The notes beneath the pieces are model-generated. The model ran no database searches and was not told the origin of the DNA. It worked only from the letters and a program-made list of their open reading frames with translations. Shown here piece by piece: positions 20,113 to 29,466 of a stretch of DNA of 64,000 nt (positions are counted from its first letter, which is position 1; every line of letters begins with the position of its first letter). The stretch covers positions 73,169 through 137,168 of the forward strand of contig JBGAML010000011.1 of assembly GCA_044223005.1 (NCBI GenBank). Direction: 5' to 3'. A program made the position numbers and the translations under genes. This DNA comes from Candidatus Eiseniibacteriota bacterium. Lineage in GTDB: Bacteria; Eisenbacteria; RBG-16-71-46.

Positions 20113-20628
20113 ATGCGTGCAATGGAAAGTGCTGTCCTTGTGCTGTTGGCGTGTTCGCCTGCTGGCAACGCAAGTGTGCGCGATACCTGTGTCGTGGGAG
20201 TGACTGCTACGAATGCCGCGGCGGTACAACTCGTGGACGATAGGGGGCGCAAGTGTCCATGTGACACCTTGGGTGTGCAAATGATGCCGGGATGCACGTT
20301 CGGGCCATACACGGTGCCAGGATTGGGAACCATCCGCCCAGGGCAGGGGGAAGGAGATGGCAGGGCGCTGATAACGGTCAAGGTGGTGAAGGGGGATCGC
20401 TTTGAAGTGCGAATGCGATCCGGGGAGAGCCCGGTATTTCTGAACGTGCGAACTGGTATCACGATGATGGAGGTGGACTCTGTCAATCTGATGGGCGAGC
20501 CCGCAAGCCCCGGTGAATGGTGGCGCTGGAAGATCAGGTGCGCCGATGTCCGGGCGAATGGGGAGGGAGTCCTCGAAATTGCTCCCGCAGATCGACGAAC
20601 GCGTCGGGCGTTCCGGATTCGGCAGTAG
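20113..20628 (+). CDS. hypothetical protein in lower-GC patch, possibly exported
   Basis: 171-aa ORF, hydrophobic N-terminus, atypical codons. Confidence 0.5.
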   Translation: MRAMESAVLVLLACSPAGNASVRDTCVVGVTATNAAAVQLVDDRGRKCPCDTLGVQMMPGCTFGPYTVPGLGTIRPGQGEGDGRALITVKVVKGDRFEVRMRSGESPVFLNVRTGITMMEVDSVNLMGEPASPGEWWRWKIRCADVRANGEGVLEIAPADRRTRRAFRIRQ

Positions 20629-20725
20629 CCGGAGACTGACTGAGGGTGAGACGCGATGTCTCCGCGGTGCGAAATCTCCGGACAAATCGGGCTGGAGCGA
20701 GTGAAGGTGCCCACGGCGCTCCGCA

Positions 20726-20757
20726 AACGGGCGGCGCCGTCATCGGCGCCGCCCGTT
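20726..20757 (-). terminator. Rho-independent terminator of the M13 genes
   Basis: aacgggcggcgccg-tcat-cggcgccgcccgtt hairpin, short T run on minus strand. Confidence 0.75.
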
Positions 20758-20774
20758 CGCGTCTCAGCGCGTGA

Positions 20775-22787
20775 TCACCAGATCCGCGCGCGCAGCTCGC
20801 TCTTGCGGACCATCGGATCGCCGTCCTTGCAGCCGAAGGCCTTCGCGAACTCCTCGAGGTTGGAGAACGGTCCGTTCACGCGCCAGACCGACGGCGAGTG
20901 CGGATCGGTCTCGACCTGCGAACGCAGGTCCTCGGGGGTCTCGAGCGTGCGCCAGACGCGCGCCCATGCGAGGAAGAACCGCTGCTCGGGCGTGAAGCCG
21001 TCGCGCAGCACGGGCTTCTGGCCGGCCGTGGCCTTCTGGAACGCGGCGTACGCCACGGCGAGGCCGCCCAGGTCGGCGATGTTCTCGCCCAGCGTGACCT
21101 TGCCGTTCAGGTGCACGGAGTCGAGCACGGTGTACGCCGAGAACTGCGCGGCCACCTTGTCGGCGCGTTCCTTGTAGCGGCTCGCGTCCTCGGGCGTCCA
21201 CCAGTCGCGCAGGTTGCCGTCGGCGTCGAACTGCCGTCCGCGATCGTCGAAACCGTGCGTCATCTCGTGCCCGATCACGGCGCCGATCGCGCCGTAGTTC
21301 AGCGCGTCGTCCCACTTCGGGTCGAAGAAGGGCGGCTGCAGGATCCCGGCGGGGAAGTTGATGCTGTTGACCGACGACGAATAGAAGGCGTTCACCGTCG
21401 GCGCGCTCATGGACCACTCGCCGCGGTCGACCGGGCCGCCGATCCGCCCGATGTTGCGCGCGATCTGCCAGCGCACGGCGGCGGAGCGGTTCGCGAACCA
21501 CGACTCGCGCGAGATGCGCACGTTGGCGTAGTCGCGCCAGGTGTTCGGGTAGCCGATCTTCTCCTCGAACGCCTCGAGCTTGCCGCGCGCGGCGAGGCGG
21601 GTCGCGTCGCTCATCCAGTCGAGCGCGGCGATGCGATCGCCCAGCGACGATTCCAGGTTGCGCACCAGCGCGAGCGCGCGCTCGCGCGCCTGCGGCGGGA
21701 ACTGCTCCTTCACGTACGCGCGCCCGAGCAGGTCGCCCAGGTCGCCGTCGGTGGCGGCGATGCAGCGCTTCCAGCGCGGGAGCAGCTCGGTGGCGCCGGT
21801 CAGCCGCTTGCGCCACGCGAAGTCCTCGTCGACGAACGCCTGCGACAGCGTGGGCGAGGCCTCGCGCACGACGTTCCAGCGCAGGTAGGCCTTCCAGTCG
21901 TCGATCGGCGTGCCCGTCACGCGCGCCGCGAAGCCGCGGGCGAAGCCGGGCTGCATGACGTTGACCGAATCCGGCACGCGCATGCCGCGGCGGCCGAAGT
22001 AGGCGGCCCAGTCGAAGCCGGGCGTCCAGAGCTTCAGCGAATCGAGCGGCACGAAGTGGTAGACCGCGCGCGGATCGCGGCGCTGCTCGCGCGTCATCGA
22101 AGCCTCGGCGAGCGCGGTCTCCAACGCCATGATGCGCGCGGCCTCGCCGTCCGGATCTTTGCGGCCCAGGAGCTTCAGCACGCGCCCCACGTGCGCGACG
22201 TATTCCGTGCGCAGCGCGGCCGAGGCCGAGTCCGGCTTGAAGTAGTAGTCGCGCTCGGGCATGCCGAGGCCGCCCTGGCCGGTGACGGCGATCGTCAGCC
22301 GGCTGCGCTTGGCGTCCGGCGCGCCGCCGAACAGGAAGCCCGCCCGGATCCCGCCCGCGTGCAGCGAGCCGAACTCGCCGGCCAGGTCCGAGGCGTTCGC
22401 GATCGCGTCGATCGCGTCCAGGTCCGCCTGGAGCGGCGCGATCCCGGCGCGGTCCGCGGCCACGGAGTCCATGCACGCGGCGAAGTAGTCGCCGATGCGG
22501 CGCGTGTTGCTGTCGGCCTTCGCGCCCGCGGCCGCCGCGCGCTCGAGGATGCCGCGCAGCACCTGCTCGTTGCGGTCGGCGAGTTCGTCGAAGCCGCCGT
22601 AGCTGCCGTAACCGGCGGGCATCTTCGTGTTCGCGAGCCAGTGGCCCTCGGCGTACTGGTAGAAATCGCGGCACGGCGAACATGTCGTGTCCATGTCGGC
22701 GCGGTTCCAGTACGACGGCGTCGCGGCGAACGACGGCGCCACCGCCGCGAGCAGCAGGCAGGTGGTCCAGCGGAGGAAACGCGGCAT
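20775..22787 (-). CDS. M13 family (neprilysin/PepO-like) metallopeptidase, copy 2
   Basis: Signal peptide, PCRDFYQYA, VNAFY, HEMTHGFD, GENIAD, DPHSP, ends RARIW. Confidence 0.95.
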   Translation of the reverse strand: MPRFLRWTTCLLLAAVAPSFAATPSYWNRADMDTTCSPCRDFYQYAEGHWLANTKMPAGYGSYGGFDELADRNEQVLRGILERAAAAGAKADSNTRRIGDYFAACMDSVAADRAGIAPLQADLDAIDAIANASDLAGEFGSLHAGGIRAGFLFGGAPDAKRSRLTIAVTGQGGLGMPERDYYFKPDSASAALRTEYVAHVGRVLKLLGRKDPDGEAARIMALETALAEASMTREQRRDPRAVYHFVPLDSLKLWTPGFDWAAYFGRRGMRVPDSVNVMQPGFARGFAARVTGTPIDDWKAYLRWNVVREASPTLSQAFVDEDFAWRKRLTGATELLPRWKRCIAATDGDLGDLLGRAYVKEQFPPQARERALALVRNLESSLGDRIAALDWMSDATRLAARGKLEAFEEKIGYPNTWRDYANVRISRESWFANRSAAVRWQIARNIGRIGGPVDRGEWSMSAPTVNAFYSSSVNSINFPAGILQPPFFDPKWDDALNYGAIGAVIGHEMTHGFDDRGRQFDADGNLRDWWTPEDASRYKERADKVAAQFSAYTVLDSVHLNGKVTLGENIADLGGLAVAYAAFQKATAGQKPVLRDGFTPEQRFFLAWARVWRTLETPEDLRSQVETDPHSPSVWRVNGPFSNLEEFAKAFGCKDGDPMVRKSELRARIW

Positions 22788-22812
22788 CTCGGGGTCCTTC
22801 CGGAAGCCGGAC

Positions 22813-22831
22813 GGGGGGGGGGGGGGGGGGG
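22813..22831 (+). repeat. 19-nt G homopolymer (probable sequencing/assembly artefact)
   Basis: Lies exactly where the stop codon of the upstream M13 gene is expected. Confidence 0.8.
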
Positions 22832-24841
22832 CGGCCCGGCGGTGTTCACCATGGGATCGCCGTCCTTGCAGCCGAACGCCTTCGCGAACTCGTCCAGGTT
22901 CGACAGCGGCCCGTTGACGCGCCAGTGCGCGGGGGAGTGCGGGTCGGTGTTGACCTGCGTCCGCAGCGCTTCGGGCCGCTGCAGCCGGCGCCAGATCTGC
23001 GCGTACGAGAGGAAGAAGCGCTGCTCGGGCGTGAAGCCATCGATCTTCGGGCGCGGCTTGCCGTCGAGCGCCTTCTGCATCGCCGCGTACGCCACCGCGA
23101 GACCGCCCAGGTCGGCGATGTTCTCGCCCAGCGTGAGCCGGCCGTTCAGGTGCAGCGAGTCGAGCACGGTGTAGCCCGAGAACTGCTCGGCGACCTTGGA
23201 CGCGCGCTCCTTGTACCGCGTCGCGTCGTCGGCCGCCCACCAGTCGCGCAGGTTGCCGCGCGGATCGAACTGGCGGCCCTGGTCGTCGAACCCGTGCGTC
23301 ATCTCGTGCCCGATCACGGCGCCGATGCCGCCGTAGTTCGCGGCGTCGTCCCACGACGGATCGAAGAACGGCGGCTGCAGGATGCCGGCGGGGAAGTTGA
23401 TGCTGTTCAAGTTCGGGCTGTAGAACGCGTTCACCGTCGGCGGCGTCATCATCCATTCACCGCGCTCGGTGGGCTTGCCGATCTTGTTGAACTGGCGCGC
23501 GACCTCGAACTGGCGCACCGCCGCGCGGTTCGCGAAGAACGGCTGGCGCTGGACCTGGAGCGCCGTGTAGTCGCGCCACTTGTCCGGGTAGCCGATCTTG
23601 TTCGAGAACGCCTGCAGCTTGACCTTCGCCGCCTGCCGGGTCTCGGGGCTCATCCACTCCAGCGTCGTGAGCTTGTCGTCGAGCGCCGCCTCGAGGTTGT
23701 GCACGAGCTGCAGCGCGCGCTCCTTGGCCGCGGGCGAGAAGTGGAGCCGCACGTACTCGGCGCCGAGCAGGTCGCCGAGGCCCATGTCGGCCGCGCGCAG
23801 GCAGCGCTTCCAGCGGGGCTGCATCTCGGTCACGCCCGTCATCACGCGCTGGAACCGGAAGTCCTCGTCGACGAACGCGGCGTTGAGCGTCGGCGCGGCG
23901 TCCTCGACCACGCGCCAGCGCAGGTACGCCTGCCACGCCGGCAGCGGCGTCGCGGCGACGATCGAGTCGAGCCCGGTGAAAAACGTCACCTGCGCGACGT
24001 TGAGCGAGTCGAACTTCGGGCCGCCGCGCTTGGCGAGGTAGGTGCCCCAGTCGTAGGCCGGGGCCAGCTTCGCCAGCTCCGCGACGCTCATGAAGTGGTA
24101 GTTGGCGTTCGGGTCGCGGCGCTGGACGTTCGTGTACGACGTCTTCGCGAGCGCGGTCTCGATCCCGAGGATCTGGTCGGCGGCCGACTTCGCGTCCGCT
24201 TCGGCGACGCCGAGCAGCTGGAACGAGCGCACGATGTGGTCCACGTACGCCGCGCGCGTGGCGACCGCGGCCGAATCACGCTTCAGGTAGTACTCGCGGT
24301 CCGGCAGCCCGAGACCGCCCTGGCCGGCGCTGGCGATCATGCGGTCGCTGTTCTTCACGTCCGCCTGCGCGCCGAGCATGTAGAGAGCGCGCACGCCGTG
24401 CGCGTGCAGCCACGCGACCTGCTCGGCCAGTTCGCGCTTGTCCTTCATGGCGTCGATCGCCGAGAGCAGCGGCTGCAGCGGCTTCGTGCCCTCGCGCTCG
24501 GCCTCGGTCGAGTCCATGCAGCTGCCGTAGTAGGCCCCGAGCTTGAACGTGGGGCTGCCGGGCTTGGCGCTCTTGTCCGCGGCGGCCTTCTCGAGGATGT
24601 CGAAGAGCGCGGCCTGGTTGCGCTCGGCGAGTTCGCTGAAGCTGCCCCAGCCCGACTGCGTGCCGGGGATGGTGTGCGTGGCCTTCCAGCCGCCGCTGGC
24701 GTACTGGTCGAAGTCGCGGCAGGGGGCACACGTGGTGTCGAAGTTGGCCGGGTCGAATACGGCCTTGGCCGCAGGGGCGGCGACCGCCGAGCCGGCGAAC
24801 GCCAGCAGCGCGGCGGCGAGCATCAGGGGGCGAAAAGTCAT
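22813..24841 (-). CDS. M13 family metallopeptidase, copy 1 (3' end obscured by poly-G)
   Basis: Signal peptide MTFRPLMLAAALLAFAGSAVA, HEMTHGFD, GENIAD, DPHSP, FGCKDGDPMV. Confidence 0.92.
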
Positions 24842-25143
24842 CGGGTGAATCCCTCGATCCGAAGGAGAGGTCGACGACACGGCCGTGGGGAGGCCGACAG
24901 GGGACAGCCGGGCGCACGGTAGGGCAGCCGGGGACCGGCGCCGGGGGAAAGTGCACGAGCGTGCCGTCCCGGGCGCCGAATGCGCCACCGCCGCGCGGTG
25001 GCTCCGAGCCCTCCGGACGCAGTGGCCCGCAGCGGGGCATTGCCCGGCACGCCCGCGCCGCCTACCCTGATCGCTTCCCGCGCCGGCCCCCGCGGGGCCG
25101 CGCCGTGCCGGGGCCGCCCCAGGACTTCGGAGCGACTCCGCGT

Positions 25144-27933
25144 ATGCCGCGCCTCCATCCGCGCCTCGCGTTCGTGATCGTGCTCGCCGGGCTCGCCGTC
25201 GCCGTGCGCGCCGGCGGTTCCCCGCCGGCCTCGGGTGACCTCGTCGCCTGGCGCGCGGCCTTCTCGCGCGATTCGCTCGCCGTGACCGCCGCGTTCGACC
25301 GCGGGCAGCCCGATTCCGGCCTCGCGCTCGCCGCCACGTTCGGTGAGGCGTACGCGAAGGCGCCGTTCGCGGCGGTTCGCGCGCGCGGGCTCATGCTCCG
25401 GCCCGTCTCGCTGCTTCGGCTCGCGCGCGCCAAGGATGCGCTGCCGGGGATCCTGGAGGCCGAGCGCGTCGCCGAGGCGTCGGGCGACACCGCCGTGTGG
25501 ATGCTCGCGCTGCGATCCGAGGCGGTGGCGCGCAACTTCTTCGGCGATTTCGCCCGCGCCGCGAGGCTGGCGCAGCGATGGGACGCGCTGGCAAAGGCCT
25601 CGGGCAACGTCGAGTACCAGGGCTGGGCGGGCACGATGCGTGGCTGGTTCGCGTGGCACGCGGCCGATCTCGTCACCGCGCGCCGCGAGCTCGAGCACTC
25701 GCTCGCGCTGGTCGAGCAGGTGCCATGGTCGCTCAGCTACCCGTACACGCTCAACGTGCTCGCGAGCGTCATGAGCGCGCAGGGCGACTACACCGCGGCG
25801 CGGCCGCTCTACCAGCGCATCCTCGATCGCGGCCACCTGTGGAGCGACCCGCGCACGCGGCTCATGGCGCTCGAGAGCCTCGCGCGCGTCGACAGCCGGG
25901 TGGGCGATCCGACGAAGGCCCTCGCGAACTGGCGCGAGGCGATGGCGATCCGCGAAGCGCGCCAAGAGACCAGCGACTGGCTTGTCGATGCCGACAACGT
26001 GTGTTCGGAACTCATGGCCCTCGGCCGCAACGACGAGGCCGTCTCGCTCGCCGAGCGCGCGGTCGCCGCCGCCGAGCGCGAGAGCCTCGGGATGGAGATC
26101 AGCTGGCAGCGCGTGCAGCTCGGCAACGCCTGCCGCGCGCGCGGCCAGGAGGCGCGCGCCCGCGCACTCCTGCGGTCCGTACTCGCGACTCCGATCCCGG
26201 GAGACGAACAGCCGCGCGCCGAAGCCGCCGTGAGCCTGGTCGAGTCGCTCGCCGAGGGCGACAGTGTCGCCGCGGCGCTCGCGCTCGCCGAGGCCGAAGC
26301 CCCGAAGCCCGGTTCGGGGCTCGAGCAGGAGGTGATCGCGCGGCTCGCGATCGCGCGTGCCGATCTCCTGACGAGGCTCGGCCGGCCCGAGGAGGCGCTG
26401 GCCGCCGCCCGGCCCGTCGCGGAGGCGACCGAGGCGAGCGGCGATCTGGAGTGGGCCCTCGCCGCGTGGACGCAGGCCGTGCGCGCCGAACGGCGGCTCG
26501 CTCGCCCGGGGGACGTGGCGCGCGACCTCGAGCGGGCGACGGCGCTCTGGGAGCGGAGCCGCTCGCACGTCGCCGCGCCGGAGTTCCGCGAGGTGCGCGG
26601 CGAGCAGGCGCACGCGCTCATGCTCGAGGCGGTGGCCGAGGCGCTCGAACGCGCGCCCGGCGACGTCGCGTCGCCCTTCGCGATCGTGCAGCGGTTCAAG
26701 ACGCGCACGCTGCTCGAGCACGTGGCCGGACCGGCCGCGCTCGCGGGGCCGGCGCCGTCGTACCTCGACGCGCCCCTCGCGAGCCTCGCGACGTTCCAGT
26801 CGGCGACGCTCGCGCCGGACGAACTCTTCCTCGAATGCGCCTGCGGACCGGAGACGACGTTCGTGATCGCGGTGACGCGCGACACGTGCCGCGTGCTGGC
26901 GGCGCCGGGCGCGCGCTCACTCGAGCCCGCGCTGGCCGCGCTCGGCAGCCTGCACGCGCCGACGGAGTCGGCCGAGCGCACGGCGCGCGCGCTCGCGGGC
27001 GCGCGGCTGGGGAGCGCGCTGCTCGGCGACGTGGCCGACCTGCTCGCGAGCCATCCGGCGGTCGTCGTCGCCGCCGACGACGCCCTGCACTCTTCGCCGG
27101 TCGGGGAGTGGACGCTGCCCGGTGTCGCGGCGTCGCTCGGCGCGACTCACCGGATCGCGTACACGCCTTCGGCGTCGATGCTCGCGCTGCTGCGCGCCCG
27201 CCAGGCGCTCGCGCCGGGGCGCATGCTGGCGATCCTCGGCGCCACGCGCACCGGTGGCGCGACGCTGCGCGGCGCCCGACGCGAGGTGGGAGCGCTCGCC
27301 GGCCGCTATCGCGACATCGAGGAGTGGGACGCCGGCCGCGCCGGTGCTTCACCGCTCACCGTGGCGCGGCTCGCCGGCTACGCCGGGCTGCACTTCGCCG
27401 GGCACGCGATCGTGGATCCGCAGGTGCCGTGGCGCTCGGGGCTGCTGCTCGGCCGCGCCCACGACGGCAGCGATTCGCTGCTGACCGCGGACCGTATCGC
27501 GGCCGCGCGAATCCCCGCGAGGCTCGTCGTGCTCTCGAGTTGCGAGTCCGGAGCCGGCCGCTCGCGTGCCGGGGAAGGCGTGACCGGTCTCGCCACGGCG
27601 TTCCTCGCCGCCGGCGGATCGGCGGTGGTCGCGTCGCGCTGGCCCGTGGAGGACCGCGCCGCCGCGCAGCTCATGGATCGCTTCTACGCCCACCTCGCGA
27701 AGGGCGAGAGCGCGGATCGCGCCCTCGCGGGCGCGCAGGCGGAACTGCGTGCGGACCCCGCGACGGCCGACCCGTTCTACTGGTCGGGCTTCGTGGTCGT
27801 GGGCGACGGCCGCACGACTTGGCCCCTGGCGGAGCGTCCGGTGACGTCCCGGCGGCTCGCGGGCGGCGCCGCCGCGCTGATCGCCGTGGCCGCCGTCGCG
27901 CTCGCGAGCCGGCGCCGGCGCACCGGCCGCTGA
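25144..27933 (+). CDS. TPR plus CHAT (caspase-like) protease with signal peptide and C-terminal TM anchor
   Basis: TPR-like repeats; LRGARREV, LHFAGH, VVLSSCESG, GEGVTGLATAFLAAG, SRWPVED, PFYWSGFVVVG. Confidence 0.9.
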   Translation: MPRLHPRLAFVIVLAGLAVAVRAGGSPPASGDLVAWRAAFSRDSLAVTAAFDRGQPDSGLALAATFGEAYAKAPFAAVRARGLMLRPVSLLRLARAKDALPGILEAERVAEASGDTAVWMLALRSEAVARNFFGDFARAARLAQRWDALAKASGNVEYQGWAGTMRGWFAWHAADLVTARRELEHSLALVEQVPWSLSYPYTLNVLASVMSAQGDYTAARPLYQRILDRGHLWSDPRTRLMALESLARVDSRVGDPTKALANWREAMAIREARQETSDWLVDADNVCSELMALGRNDEAVSLAERAVAAAERESLGMEISWQRVQLGNACRARGQEARARALLRSVLATPIPGDEQPRAEAAVSLVESLAEGDSVAAALALAEAEAPKPGSGLEQEVIARLAIARADLLTRLGRPEEALAAARPVAEATEASGDLEWALAAWTQAVRAERRLARPGDVARDLERATALWERSRSHVAAPEFREVRGEQAHALMLEAVAEALERAPGDVASPFAIVQRFKTRTLLEHVAGPAALAGPAPSYLDAPLASLATFQSATLAPDELFLECACGPETTFVIAVTRDTCRVLAAPGARSLEPALAALGSLHAPTESAERTARALAGARLGSALLGDVADLLASHPAVVVAADDALHSSPVGEWTLPGVAASLGATHRIAYTPSASMLALLRARQALAPGRMLAILGATRTGGATLRGARREVGALAGRYRDIEEWDAGRAGASPLTVARLAGYAGLHFAGHAIVDPQVPWRSGLLLGRAHDGSDSLLTADRIAAARIPARLVVLSSCESGAGRSRAGEGVTGLATAFLAAGGSAVVASRWPVEDRAAAQLMDRFYAHLAKGESADRALAGAQAELRADPATADPFYWSGFVVVGDGRTTWPLAERPVTSRRLAGGAAALIAVAAVALASRRRRTGR

Positions 27934-28023
27934 CCTCCCGCGCCGCTCGGACGTGGATCGCGGGACGCAACCCCGCTAACCTGTCGCGGTTGCGGCGCGC
28001 ACCCCGAGGCGCCGGCGGGTCCT

Positions 28024-28054
28024 TGTGACGAATCGCAGCGCATCCGGGTCTCAC
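28024..28054 (+). promoter_or_regulatory. putative autoregulated ECF promoter
   Basis: TGTGA-N18-GGTCTCAC, 3 nt before ATG 28058; same motif at 29390. Confidence 0.65.
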
Positions 28055-28057
28055 CTC

Positions 28058-28651
28058 ATGACGGACGCACGTCCCGAAGCACTCGACGACGAGGCGCTGT
28101 TCGATCTCGCCGTGTCGCAGCCCGGCACGGCACGCGGGCGCGCGGCCGCGTCGTGCCTGCTCGGACGTCACCAGCAACGTGTCTACCTGTGGTGCCGGCG
28201 GTACGTGAGGGACCACGACCAGGCGCTCGACCTGGCGCAGGAGGTGCTCTTGAGCGCGTATCGCGCGATGGCGGGCTTCGAAGGCCGGTCGCGCTTCTCG
28301 TCGTGGCTGTTCGCCATCGCGCGCAACAAGTGCCTCAACGCCGTGCGCGCGAAGCGACTGTTCGTGGACGACGACGCCGATCCGGACACGATCGACTCCG
28401 ACGCGCCCCTGCCCGAGGCCACGCTCGAACTGGAACAGGACCACGAGCGGCTGCGCGGCGTGCTCGCGCGCCATCTCGACCCGCCCGAGCGCGAGGCGCT
28501 CTGGCTCTCGGTCGCGGAGCGGCTGTCCGTGGACGAGATCACCCGCGTCATGGGACTCGGCAACGCGACCGGCGCCCGCGGCCTGCTGCAGAAGGCCCGT
28601 CGCCGCCTGCGCGCCGCGCTCGAGCGCGGCCACCTGGAGGAGCCGTCGTGA
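28058..28651 (+). CDS. ECF sigma factor
   Basis: ALDLAQEVLL, FEGRSRFSSWLFAIARNKCLN, region 4 LSVDEITRVMG...ARRRLR. Confidence 0.92.
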   Translation: MTDARPEALDDEALFDLAVSQPGTARGRAAASCLLGRHQQRVYLWCRRYVRDHDQALDLAQEVLLSAYRAMAGFEGRSRFSSWLFAIARNKCLNAVRAKRLFVDDDADPDTIDSDAPLPEATLELEQDHERLRGVLARHLDPPEREALWLSVAERLSVDEITRVMGLGNATGARGLLQKARRRLRAALERGHLEEPS

Positions 28652-29346
28652 GCACGGATCGCTGCTTCCCGCCCGAGGACGCCGCCCGCGTCGCCGCGCT
28701 GGCCGCGGATTCGCCCGAGCGCCGGCACGCCGCCGACTGCCCGCGCTGCGCTGCGCTGCTTTCCGCCTTCGCCGCCTACGAGGCCGCGGATCCGGCCGGC
28801 GTGCCGGCGCGCGATCTCGCGGACGCGAACGCGCGCCTTTCGGCGGCGCTCGCGCAGGAGATCGGCGACCTCGAGGAGGAGCCGGCCCCCGCGCCGCGCG
28901 CGATCCGCGCGGCGCCGCGTGAGCTCCCGTGGTTCCTGCGGCCCGCGCTGCGGCCGGCGTTCGCGCTGGCGGCGCTGCTGCTCGCGGTGGGCACGTTCGC
29001 GTGGCTGCGGCCCGGCCATGACGGCGGCGCGCCCGAACTGCGCGGCGGCGGCAGGGCCGCACCCGAGATCGCGCAGGCCGACTTCGCGGCGGATTCGCTC
29101 CGGCTCGCGTGGCACGGCATGCCGGGCGCCGACGCCTACGAGGTGCGCTTCTATTCGAGCGAGCTCGCCGAGTTGGGAAATGCCGGTCCGACGGCCGATT
29201 CGAGCCTCGCGCTCGGCGCGAGCGTGCTCGGCTTCAGTGTCCCGCCGGGCGAGACCGTGCTCGTGCGCGTGATCGCGCTCGGCCAGGGCGCGCCGCTCGG
29301 CACGTCGCCGACGCGGGCGATCGTTCGGGGCGCTGCGGCGCACTGA
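28648..29346 (+). CDS. zinc-binding (ZAS-like) transmembrane anti-sigma factor
   Basis: GTGA coupling; HAADCPRC (HxxxCxxC), one TM, LRGG motif, FN3/Ig-like external domain. Confidence 0.8.
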   Translation: MSTDRCFPPEDAARVAALAADSPERRHAADCPRCAALLSAFAAYEAADPAGVPARDLADANARLSAALAQEIGDLEEEPAPAPRAIRAAPRELPWFLRPALRPAFALAALLLAVGTFAWLRPGHDGGAPELRGGGRAAPEIAQADFAADSLRLAWHGMPGADAYEVRFYSSELAELGNAGPTADSSLALGASVLGFSVPPGETVLVRVIALGQGAPLGTSPTRAIVRGAAAH

Positions 29347-29389
29347 CGCGCCCCGCCGGCACCTCCGGCCGGCGCAATCTTCATCGCGG

Positions 29390-29420
29390 TGTGATTTCCC
29401 GCGGGGCTTCGCGGTCCCAC
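29390..29420 (+). promoter_or_regulatory. putative ECF target promoter
   Basis: TGTGA-N18-GGTCCCAC, 46 nt before ATG 29467. Confidence 0.65.
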
Positions 29421-29466
29421 TCGCCGGACCCGTCCCGGCCGACCGCTCTTCACCGGAGGAAGCCCC

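Noticed and set aside
20775..24988. ORF-track frames 20775-23456 and 22295-24988 as extended or overlapping proteins
   Set aside because: Extensions arise from read-through of the poly-G tract; copy 2 has its own RBS and signal peptide at 22787
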